Positions 1 to 8,185 of a DNA stretch of 40,626 nucleotides are shown piece by piece. The translations under genes were made by a program, and so were the position numbers. The stretch lies in contig CAVIXW010000002.1 in NCBI GenBank assembly GCA_963646785.1, forward strand, positions 1-40,626, given 5' to 3'. The notes under the pieces were generated by a model. That model was not told the DNA's origin. It searched no databases and saw only the letters and a list, made by a program, of their open reading frames with translations. The stretch is from Acutalibacteraceae bacterium. Its GTDB lineage: Archaea; Thermoplasmatota; Thermoplasmata; Methanomassiliicoccales; Methanomethylophilaceae. The number at the start of each line of letters is the position of its first letter. Position 1 is the first letter of the stretch.

Positions 1-164
1 TATTTAAAGAAAGGATGGGGGTATGTACATACCACAAAATTAGGGTGTTAGAGTTATAACAGGCGCAACCGCGCTGTTTTGCCGCCTCGCATTCCCCGCC
101 AGGTTTCCGCACAAGGGGATATTCTCGGGATCGGAATCCGATTATATTCAAAAATGATTAATTA

Positions 165-1199
165 ATGAATATATTTTTATGTGATGATCCTATCGGACGT
201 GTGATGAACGAATCTAATGCCACAGGGTCCAGTAAAGTCATCATCAAAGATGACAGGGAAGTTCTGATCGAATGTATCAAAACTAGTAGGGTGCTTTCTG
301 AACTCCACGCTATCATGAAAAACAGGTTCGTTCCTCCGGTGGTGTCCGCCTACTCCGATATGCAGGCGGTCAGGTCCGTTTCGAGATCCGCAAAAGGAGC
401 TCCAGATCTGGAGACCATGTTCCTGGCGGGTGTTGCAAAGGAAAAGGATTTCGGAACGGATATCCATTCGGCATTGTTCCGTGCGGATATTTTCAGAATG
501 GGTTCGACACGGGAGCCCACGCTGAAGAATATCTGCGATGTACGTATCGAGTACATGCGGGGCGAGGCCGAACATCCCATTAGGAAATACGGGCCTGTTC
601 AGATCGATTTTCCCGTTGATGTTTCGAAGAGTCTGGAACATCTGTCGAAGGATGATACGAAAGACGAACTGCTGAGGGCTTTGGGCGCATTTCTTCTGTT
701 CGAGACGGATCAGCCTTTCGGAAACAACCAATATTTTTCGCTGCTTGTATTTCATATGTTCCTACACAGTTTCGGACTGTTGGAAGGCTGTTCGCTGTGT
801 CTGCTGCCCTACGAGGAATATATCAAAACGAATCAGAAGATGATCTCCGAAATCAAAAACGGGGGCGATTCGAAGGAATGGTTCCTGTTCATGCTGGAAC
901 GCGTGCGCGACGCCGCATTCGATCTGATCCGGAAAGCGTTTTCGATAAGGGTGTATGCAGACGATCTCAGAGACAGATATCAGGATATGCCGATCTACAG
1001 CGAGCGGTTGCTGAAAGTTCTGTATTCGAATATCTACATCAAAGGGGCGAATGTGATCGATGCCGGAATCGCGGAAAGGGTGACCGCCATGAAATATCTG
1101 AATACCTTGGAGGACCTGGGTATTTTGAAAAGTTCCAGGATCGGCAGAGAACGTATATTCAAAAATACCGAACTGAGCAAGATCATTCTCTGCTATTGA
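165..1199 (+). CDS. Fic-family protein with C-terminal HTH and degenerate catalytic motif
   Basis: The layout resembles Fic/DOC proteins with a C-terminal HTH (IAERVTAMKYLNTLEDLGILKSSRIGRERIF). The HPFxDGNGR motif position reads DQPFGNNQY. The start could instead be ATG 204. Confidence 0.7.
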   Translation: MNIFLCDDPIGRVMNESNATGSSKVIIKDDREVLIECIKTSRVLSELHAIMKNRFVPPVVSAYSDMQAVRSVSRSAKGAPDLETMFLAGVAKEKDFGTDIHSALFRADIFRMGSTREPTLKNICDVRIEYMRGEAEHPIRKYGPVQIDFPVDVSKSLEHLSKDDTKDELLRALGAFLLFETDQPFGNNQYFSLLVFHMFLHSFGLLEGCSLCLLPYEEYIKTNQKMISEIKNGGDSKEWFLFMLERVRDAAFDLIRKAFSIRVYADDLRDRYQDMPIYSERLLKVLYSNIYIKGANVIDAGIAERVTAMKYLNTLEDLGILKSSRIGRERIFKNTELSKIILCY

Positions 1200-1226
1200 T
1201 CATAACGACCGCGGGGAGAGCGTCGT

Positions 1227-2537
1227 TCAGTAATCCGTCATTTCGGATTTCATGAATTCTCTCATAAGACAAGTGGCGTAATTCCCTTTGGGGAGACTGA
1301 ACGAAACCCTGTACGTCTCCTGTTCTGGCAGGTATTTAAGGTCCTTAACGGGGCAGAGCACTTCCCTGTTGCTTCCTTCGGAGCTGCAGTGCGAGAGTCC
1401 CGGGACCACGAAGTTGTCCGCAGAGACCTGATGGTCGTTCAGGATCTTTCTTTCGATCTCGCCCATCTCTCCTTCGGCAAGGACGCTTTTGCTGCCGAAA
1501 AGGGTGATCGATACGAACGCCTTCTTCAGTTTTACCTGCCTTTCCACAAGATCGATGTTCTTCGCGGTTGTGAGCACAGGGTTTTCATGATGGGGAGTAC
1601 CGTCCGAATCCAACGGAATGACCAGATCTCCGACTATGGGGCGGTCAAGCGGAATGCCGCGTGCGATTCTCTCGCTGAGCATCAGATTGAAAAGGTATGA
1701 CTGATAGGCATGGACGAACATCATCTGAAGATTCGTGGGAAGAGTGGCGATCGCACCGACCCAGTCTCCGGGATTGTCGCTCAGGTATCCGACAAGTCCC
1801 TTTTCGAAGCTCATGGAGTCGGGAATTATCTTCGACATGTCGGTCCAGTCGTCGGCTTCTCTCAGGGCCTCTCTGATCTTTGCGGCATCGGTATCGTAAC
1901 TGTTCGGATCGGCAGGGTCGGTCACATAGCACCTGACCGCGCCTTCCAGGTCGCCGCGGATGATGTGTTCGCCGACCTTGTGGGTTATGGGGCGCATGAC
2001 CCCGAATCTCTGTACGCCGAAGTAATTGGGGAACCCCCGGGTTTTATTGATCTGGGAGACAACCTCGGTACAGATATCGTTTATCTCCGACATCGGTTTC
2101 GAAAGTCCGGATACGCGTATCTCGAATTCGTTACCGATCAGGTCCCCGATCTGGATTCTGCGTCTCGCAGTGTAAGGGTCGCTGATCGTTATGTCCTGAA
2201 GTTCGATTTTGTCCAATTGCGATCTGGGGCATTCAAATGACATAAGCTGGGTCGTGACGGCTCTTTTGTCCTTGGTGCCGGCGAAACCTATACGTTCCCG
2301 GGAGATGCCCATCTCACGCGACATGAGACGGATCATACGGTTTGTTTCCCAGTTTTTGGCGGTGACCGTCGCAATGGTGAATTTGCCGTCTTCGGCAGGT
2401 TCCGGGTGGGAGGAGATCTCTCTGACGACAAAGTCCTCCGCATCCGCTTTGAGCCGACCGCCGGTACCTTCGGTATCGCTGATGTAGTACAGCATTCCGA
2501 TATCGGTCTCGGCGGTCGAACATTTTTTGAAGGACAT
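1227..2537 (-). CDS. truD: tRNA pseudouridine(13) synthase TruD
   Basis: Motifs EDFVVRE, FAGTKDKRAVTTQ, FPNYFGVQRFG, HAYQSYLFN and FSLPKGNYAT. Confidence 0.96.
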   Translation of the reverse strand: MSFKKCSTAETDIGMLYYISDTEGTGGRLKADAEDFVVREISSHPEPAEDGKFTIATVTAKNWETNRMIRLMSREMGISRERIGFAGTKDKRAVTTQLMSFECPRSQLDKIELQDITISDPYTARRRIQIGDLIGNEFEIRVSGLSKPMSEINDICTEVVSQINKTRGFPNYFGVQRFGVMRPITHKVGEHIIRGDLEGAVRCYVTDPADPNSYDTDAAKIREALREADDWTDMSKIIPDSMSFEKGLVGYLSDNPGDWVGAIATLPTNLQMMFVHAYQSYLFNLMLSERIARGIPLDRPIVGDLVIPLDSDGTPHHENPVLTTAKNIDLVERQVKLKKAFVSITLFGSKSVLAEGEMGEIERKILNDHQVSADNFVVPGLSHCSSEGSNREVLCPVKDLKYLPEQETYRVSFSLPKGNYATCLMREFMKSEMTDY

Positions 2538-2545
2538 GAAAAAAA

Positions 2546-2914
2546 TCAGGCGTCGTCCGAGGAAGATTTGGCGGCCTTGCTTTTGGTCGATCTTTTGGAT
2601 GACTTGGCTTTGCCTTCGGAGGGGGCTTTGGCCGAACCGCTCTCTGCGCCGTACAGGGCGGTATCTCCGTCGGTCGAGAAGTAATCGACAACGGCTTTTG
2701 CGGCACGTTCGACGGCTTCTTTGACGGTGCCCTTCTTTACTTTGACTTCGAGCATACGGTCGGTGAGATCGGGGTGGTCTTCGATGTACCTTGCGTAGAC
2801 TACTTCGGGATCTCTGTTGAGTCCATCGATGATCTCTTCGATGATTGTGGTGTCGACGTCTTTTAGGCTGAGCCTTGCGGTGTTCTCATTTTTGTCAACG
2901 ACACTGATCTGCAT
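2546..2914 (-). CDS. rpoL: DNA-directed RNA polymerase subunit L (Rpo11) with Lys/Ser-rich tail
   Basis: MQISVVDKNENTARLSLKDVDTT...DPEVVYARYIEDHPD fits Rpo11. Start moved to ATG 2914, just downstream of a BRE/TATA-like element. Confidence 0.85.
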   Translation of the reverse strand: MQISVVDKNENTARLSLKDVDTTIIEEIIDGLNRDPEVVYARYIEDHPDLTDRMLEVKVKKGTVKEAVERAAKAVVDYFSTDGDTALYGAESGSAKAPSEGKAKSSKRSTKSKAAKSSSDDA

Positions 2915-2930
2915 ACCCTGTCCATCGCGC

Positions 2931-2950
2931 GATATATAATAAGGTTTTTC
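2931..2950 (-). promoter_or_regulatory. BRE/TATA-like promoter of rpoL
   Basis: The minus strand reads GAAAAACCTTATTATATATC, ~17-36 nt upstream of ATG 2914. Confidence 0.6.
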
Positions 2951-3032
2951 CCGTTTCCAGGCCGCATCGGGATCCCCGTCGGCGACGGATCCGGTATGTC
3001 GGGGGCCCTGTTTCGATCCGTTCGGCACGGGA

Positions 3033-4832
3033 TCAGATTTCTGGGTCTTCGGGATCCTTGTCCCTGTCTTCCTGAAGTTTGTAGAATTCGACGATCTCTG
3101 CCGACGTAGTGCACTGTTCGGGTGTCTTGTCCGTCCTGACGATCCCGGTGAAACGCGGGAATCTGAGGCCGAGTCCCGCGTCTTCTTTTACCGAACCGTA
3201 GGCGATCGTGTGGATGGGGCTGATGCTGATATCCGCCGCGGTCACTTCCAGAACAAGGTCCGGCTGGAACCATACGTCCGGAACCATCTGGGCATCCACC
3301 ATGTTCGGTTTGGTGTCGGTCTTCGATTTCTCGAGCATCTCCGGGAGGGAGGCGAGGAAGGCATCGTCGAATCCGGTTCCGAGTTTGCAGGCGGTACCGA
3401 ATTTTCCGGTTTCTGGGTCATATGCCGCCATCAGCAGAGCGCCGTAAACTCCCGCCCTTTTCCCCATGCCGTAGAATGCTCCGACGACGACCAGGTCGAA
3501 GGTGTCCACCAGGGCCTGCGTGTAATCCTTCTTGTATTTGATCCAAAGGAATCCGCGGGAACCTGCACGGTATACGGAGGTTTCGTTCAGGGATTTTGCC
3601 ATGATCCCCTCGCATTTGGCCGCTATGGCCTGGTCGAAGAAGGTCTGCGCCTGCTCGTCGGACGAGATGATGGAACGGACCGTGTAGCCGACCTTGTCAT
3701 GACCATCCCCTTTGTGTTCGGCGAACGACATCTCGAGTTTCGATCTTCTGATGCTGTAGGGTTTGAGGGTATAATCGACCCCGTCGTGGAACAGAAGATC
3801 GAACATGAAGATCTTCACGGGAACCTCTTCGACGGCCTTGTCCATGCCGTGCTTTTTCCTTCTGTGGGTGACGGTCTGGAAAGGCAGCAGTGCCCCCGTA
3901 TCGGGATCGAGGGCGACGCATTCCCCTTCGACTATCGCCTCCGTTCCCTTGAGCTGCTCCGAAAGGGATTTCGCCACGTCCGGGAAATTGGAGGTTAGAT
4001 CCTCCAGTCTTCTGGAGTACAGTTTGACGAATCCGTCCGGACCTTTTTTGATGTGGGCCTGGACCCTCATTCCGTCGTATTTGTATTCGAACGCACACTT
4101 TCCGCCCATTCTGTCCATGATGTCGGGCAGGGAGCGGAGACGTTCGGCCAACATCACCTTGATGGGGCTGCCGACGGTCACACCGATCTTTCCGAGTGCG
4201 GTCAGGCCCCCGGAGGCCAGCTGCTCGGCCACCAGGCCCATATCGCAGGTGACATTGAACGCTCTTTCGATCTCGGGACGGTCTTCCTTCGTGGCGAAGG
4301 CGGATGCGAGAGCATCCATGAGGGTCATCGCACCGGCACCGACACGCATTCTCCCGGTGACGATCCGGCAGATGTATCTCGCCTCCAAAGGATCGGCATC
4401 ATGCAGCAGCCTCGAGAGATACTTCATCTTCTTGTCCTGGGAGTTTTTCCCGGAGGAGTTTTCGATGGCGGTCAGTCCCTCGACCACCGATGCGAATGTC
4501 AGCGGTTCGGAGAACAGGGTCATCTGTTTTTTCTTTGCCACCAGCTGCTCGGCCACTTCTCCCGGGTCGCCTGTTTTCACCCATAGGTCATCGACCTCTT
4601 TCTGGGTTCTTCCGGATACCGCCGCAACGGCTTTGAGGACGAGTTTGTCGGCCATGCCGAGTTCCTGAGGGTAGAATTCCGGATGCAGCCTGCCTACGGA
4701 AAGGTAGATTATCTGGCGGAGTTCGTCCGGGTTGACGGTCTTGATGAACTCGGAGAAAATTTCCGTCATTTCCAATCTGCTGCTGGTGGATTCCAGTTTA
4801 TCGAAAACCGTGGCGAGGCTGTTGAATAGCAT
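3033..4832 (-). CDS. lig: ATP-dependent DNA ligase
   Basis: Adenylation motif EYKYDGMR, plus EGIMAK, WIKYKKDY, DLVVVGA and LRFPRF. Confidence 0.97.
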   Translation of the reverse strand: MLFNSLATVFDKLESTSSRLEMTEIFSEFIKTVNPDELRQIIYLSVGRLHPEFYPQELGMADKLVLKAVAAVSGRTQKEVDDLWVKTGDPGEVAEQLVAKKKQMTLFSEPLTFASVVEGLTAIENSSGKNSQDKKMKYLSRLLHDADPLEARYICRIVTGRMRVGAGAMTLMDALASAFATKEDRPEIERAFNVTCDMGLVAEQLASGGLTALGKIGVTVGSPIKVMLAERLRSLPDIMDRMGGKCAFEYKYDGMRVQAHIKKGPDGFVKLYSRRLEDLTSNFPDVAKSLSEQLKGTEAIVEGECVALDPDTGALLPFQTVTHRRKKHGMDKAVEEVPVKIFMFDLLFHDGVDYTLKPYSIRRSKLEMSFAEHKGDGHDKVGYTVRSIISSDEQAQTFFDQAIAAKCEGIMAKSLNETSVYRAGSRGFLWIKYKKDYTQALVDTFDLVVVGAFYGMGKRAGVYGALLMAAYDPETGKFGTACKLGTGFDDAFLASLPEMLEKSKTDTKPNMVDAQMVPDVWFQPDLVLEVTAADISISPIHTIAYGSVKEDAGLGLRFPRFTGIVRTDKTPEQCTTSAEIVEFYKLQEDRDKDPEDPEI

Positions 4833-4865
4833 ATTACCTTCCGGATAGTTTTAAACTATATATCC

Positions 4866-6413
4866 TTAGAACCAGTCCAGATCCTTCTGGTTCTTGGGAA
4901 TGCCCTTGCCCGACCTCAGATTGCGGCCGAGGGTCACCAGACGGTCCTTCATCATCTGTTCCTTCTTCTGGGCGGATGCTTCCATCACCTCGTCCATAGT
5001 GCCAGATGCCACGAGGACATACACTTCCCCGTCGTTTTTGCGTCCGGTCCTTCCGCGTCTCTGGATGGTACGGATCTCCGAGGGGATCGGTTCGTAGAAG
5101 ATCACCGCATTGGTGCTGGCTATATCGAGACCTTCCTCTCCGACGGAAGTGGAGACCACGATGTTGTATTCGCCGTTGCGGAATTTGTCGAGAATGCCGA
5201 TCTGCTCTTTCTGTTTGAGCCCTCCGTTGGCCTGCCCGATGAGTTTGCAGACCTTTGCGGCGGGGACCACCGAAAGTTTATCCGCAATGACCTCGCACGA
5301 TTCCCTGTACTGGGCAAAAACGATTATCCTGTTGTCGGGTTCGGAATCCAGTATCTGGCTCACGAGTCCGAGAAGGCGCGATATCTTGGGATGTTCCGTA
5401 TTGGACGTCCGCACGATCTCCCAGACGCTCAGATATTCGGCCCTGGCTACCAGCTCTCTGTCCGCTTTGGAGGAATCTTCGGACTCCGCCGCGGCATTCA
5501 GCGAACGGAGATACGTTTTCAGAACGGTCATCCCCTGGGTCTCGGCAAGATTGATCGCATGGAGGATCTTGATGCATATCGACTGCACGGTCAGACCGCG
5601 GTAGACCCTGTTCGTCCTCTCCCCTCTGGCGAGACGCATCTGCAGGGACTGGCCTATCTGGAGCATATGCTTTGTCGAAGGCGGCCACCCCGGCGAAGTA
5701 AGATGGAGCTGACCGAGTTCGAAGAAATAGTGGTCGAGAAGACCTTTCAGCTTATTGGAGATCTCAGTAAGGTCCTCGGGCATGCGGACGGTCAGACGGT
5801 TGACGTACGTGTCGAACACATACGGGGACACGTCCGGATCGTCATCCGTCCTGACCTCTATGTTCGTCAGACAGAGATTCGCGCAGACCTGGGCGATCTT
5901 CTTGAGGTCCGATCCCGGTGACGCGGTCATTCCGATGATCCGTGCATTGCCTGGAACATATTTTGCCACGTTCACGTAGGCATAATTGCCGGTTCCCCTG
6001 TGGGCCTCGTCGAAGATGACGAGTCCGAAGACATCGAGGGAGTATGTCCCGTTGACAAGGTCGTTGGAAACAGTCTGCGGCGTGGATACGATGAATTCGT
6101 TGTTCTCCATGATCGACTGCCGCTTCTGCGGCGCCTGCAGCCCGTTCATGACCCCGACGGAATGCCCGGAGATCATTTTTTCAAAGAACGCGTGGTGCTG
6201 TTCGACCAAAGGTTTGGTAGGTGCCAGCATGAGTACCTTCTTTCCTTTTTCAAGTATGTCGGCCGATACGAGAAGCGCCACGGCCGTCTTTCCGAGACCT
6301 GTCGGGAGGATGACAAGGGTGTTTTCCTCGAGACATTTCGCGGAAATGTTCATCTGATACCTGCGGAACTCCAGGCAGCCGGGGGCTATGCCTGGGGCGG
6401 AAACGTACTCCAT
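4866..6413 (-). CDS. hef: Hef/FANCM/Mph1-like SF2 helicase (helicase domain only)
   Basis: Motifs LPTGLGKT, PTKPLVEQH, DEAH, MTASPG, VGEEGLDI and QRRGRTGR. No ERCC4 nuclease domain follows. Start moved to ATG 6413, since the longer ORF overlaps the next gene. Confidence 0.9.
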   Translation of the reverse strand: MEYVSAPGIAPGCLEFRRYQMNISAKCLEENTLVILPTGLGKTAVALLVSADILEKGKKVLMLAPTKPLVEQHHAFFEKMISGHSVGVMNGLQAPQKRQSIMENNEFIVSTPQTVSNDLVNGTYSLDVFGLVIFDEAHRGTGNYAYVNVAKYVPGNARIIGMTASPGSDLKKIAQVCANLCLTNIEVRTDDDPDVSPYVFDTYVNRLTVRMPEDLTEISNKLKGLLDHYFFELGQLHLTSPGWPPSTKHMLQIGQSLQMRLARGERTNRVYRGLTVQSICIKILHAINLAETQGMTVLKTYLRSLNAAAESEDSSKADRELVARAEYLSVWEIVRTSNTEHPKISRLLGLVSQILDSEPDNRIIVFAQYRESCEVIADKLSVVPAAKVCKLIGQANGGLKQKEQIGILDKFRNGEYNIVVSTSVGEEGLDIASTNAVIFYEPIPSEIRTIQRRGRTGRKNDGEVYVLVASGTMDEVMEASAQKKEQMMKDRLVTLGRNLRSGKGIPKNQKDLDWF

Positions 6414-6520
6414 GGCACAACGATGATATCGGGATATATAAGCGGAACCAGTGGGTGCCTGAAAGTGCAAAATTAAAATGAACGGAGCCCCCGTCCGTCG
6501 GGGGCATCCGCCGAACGGCC

Positions 6521-6853
6521 TCAGTTGCCCGAGCAACCGCCGCCGCAGGAAGCGCAACCGTTGAAATTGGGGTTGCGGATGGACAGACCGGTCCCGAAGT
6601 TGGGATCGTCGACGAATTCGATCACGCACTCGGCGAGCGCCTTCTCGGTTTCCTCGTCGTAGTACATCTCGAAGCTTTCTGCGGACTTGTCAACCTTTTC
6701 GCCTTCTTTGGCACCCTGCTGGAAGGACATTCCGAACTGGGGGCCGGAGCATGCATATCCGGACAGGTACACTTTGATGCCCCATCCGACCTTTTGGTTT
6801 TTCTCGAGGAGTTCGTCGATGAACTTCTCTGCGTCTGCGGTAATGGATACCAT
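6521..6853 (-). CDS. HesB/IscA-like Fe-S cluster assembly accessory protein
   Basis: MVSITADAEKFI, GYACSGPQFGM and a C-terminal IRNPNFNGCASCGGGC. Confidence 0.85.
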   Translation of the reverse strand: MVSITADAEKFIDELLEKNQKVGWGIKVYLSGYACSGPQFGMSFQQGAKEGEKVDKSAESFEMYYDEETEKALAECVIEFVDDPNFGTGLSIRNPNFNGCASCGGGCSGN

Positions 6854-7014
6854 GTTCAATAGAATTCAACTCACATATTTATATCAAAGGTTTCGCCGCG
6901 GTAACCTGTATTTTTCGAAGCGGTTCGGTGATAACTCACGAACTGTAGTATCCCGTTTTAATATCGGTCGAGAACGAACACCTTCGCAGGCACAGTCGTG
7001 CCGGGAGATACTGT

Positions 7015-7701
7015 ATGTTGACCGCAGAAAGCAACAGGAAGCTCGAGGAGATCTTCTCGGGCGTTGGCAGGAAGTACGGTTTCGATACCGTCAAAGCAGA
7101 GTATGTGGTGCTGAAGGATTTCAAGATCCGTTGGCAGAGGTCCTACAAATGGGCCGATTTCAAAATTTCCGATTACCTCGAGGATGCCCCCGACGGGGTC
7201 ATCGCCGCTCTCGCGGATTCGATCTTCAGGAGGATCCTCGGAAAAGACGAATCCATCGCGAAGGAACTGATCGAGTGGGTGACGGAACCCGATTTCTGTC
7301 ATCGGAAGCAGGGGATCTATCTCGAAAGGTCCAAGAACCTCACAGGGTCGGTCGTCGGCGAATACAAGAACATCAGGGATTCCTACGACCGGCTTATCGG
7401 AGCCGGCCTGATACCCTATGACCCAGATATAGCATTCTCATGGACCAGTTACCCGGTCACGCGCAAGGCGGCCAACTGCTCGGTCCTGATGAAAGTGGTG
7501 TCGGTCTCCAAGGTACTGGACAAAGAGGAGGTTCCCGACTTCGTTCTCGATTACTGCCTGTATCACGAGCTGTGCCATCTGTTCCTGGGATACGATCCGT
7601 CGGGTACCGCGCACAACGACAACTTCTCCGCTCTGGAACAGAAATTCCCGACCAGGGTCGAGGCCCAGGTCTGGCTGAGAAAACTCTACACCTATGTCTG
7701 A
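7015..7701 (+). CDS. Zinc metallopeptidase-like protein (YgjP/DUF45/SprT-like)
   Basis: HExxH motif in VPDFVLDYCLYHELCH, followed by AHNDNF. Confidence 0.75.
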   Translation: MLTAESNRKLEEIFSGVGRKYGFDTVKAEYVVLKDFKIRWQRSYKWADFKISDYLEDAPDGVIAALADSIFRRILGKDESIAKELIEWVTEPDFCHRKQGIYLERSKNLTGSVVGEYKNIRDSYDRLIGAGLIPYDPDIAFSWTSYPVTRKAANCSVLMKVVSVSKVLDKEEVPDFVLDYCLYHELCHLFLGYDPSGTAHNDNFSALEQKFPTRVEAQVWLRKLYTYV

Positions 7702-7702
7702 T

Positions 7703-7744
7703 GGGAATGCCGGCCCGCGGAAGATCTCCCGGGCCGAATGTCCC
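7703..7744. terminator. GC-rich hairpin downstream of the peptidase gene
   Basis: CGGCCCG...CGGGCCG core flanked by GGGA/TCCC, directly after the stop codon. Confidence 0.4.
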
Positions 7745-8064
7745 CCGTTCGCTAACACACTTTTTCATCGTCCCGCGATGACGCGGGCCTCGGAGCACTG
7801 ACTTACGCCGGGGGTATGTGTCGGACCATGTGTTGGCTCCCGGTCATCGCCGCACGGCGTCACGCCGCTGCTACCGCAAGTGCCCCAATAAATTGGGATC
7901 ATGGCCGCTGTCGGCAGCCCTGTACATATGGTGTTCACATATCGCACCCCTTCGTCAGAACTGCACATCCCGGTCTATATCCTATAGATATAGTATTTTT
8001 TTCATCGACGATTGACGATTGTACAGTTCGATAATTGTATATTTAATCGTTTTTTGACGTTTTT

Positions 8065-8163
8065 TACGAAAAGAATACAAATATTGGCAGAATTTCTACG
8101 AAATTCGTAAATAATTTTTGGTCATTTTTACGAAATTCAGAAATCGTAGGTTAGGATTATAAA
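8065..8163 (+). promoter_or_regulatory. acd promoter with phased TACGAAA motifs and TATA box
   Basis: TACGAAA at 8065, 8097 and 8129; palindrome TACGAA-A-TTCGTA at 8097-8109; TTATAAA at 8157-8163, ~25 nt before ATG 8186. Confidence 0.55.
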
Positions 8164-8185
8164 GAAGAAGTTATTACAGCGGTCT

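Noticed and set aside
2915..3028. N-terminal extensions in the ORF track (rpoL; also hef, dcd, the SBP, the ATPase and the 35492 ORF)
   Set aside because: They run through promoters or neighbouring genes. Downstream ATGs match the family N-termini.
4866..6413. Hef truncated by loss of its nuclease (pseudogene)
   Set aside because: All helicase motifs are intact with a clean stop, and helicase-only Hef is known in Thermoplasmata.
6521..6853. Selenoprotein HesB-like
   Set aside because: There is no in-frame TGA; all candidate ligand positions are Cys.
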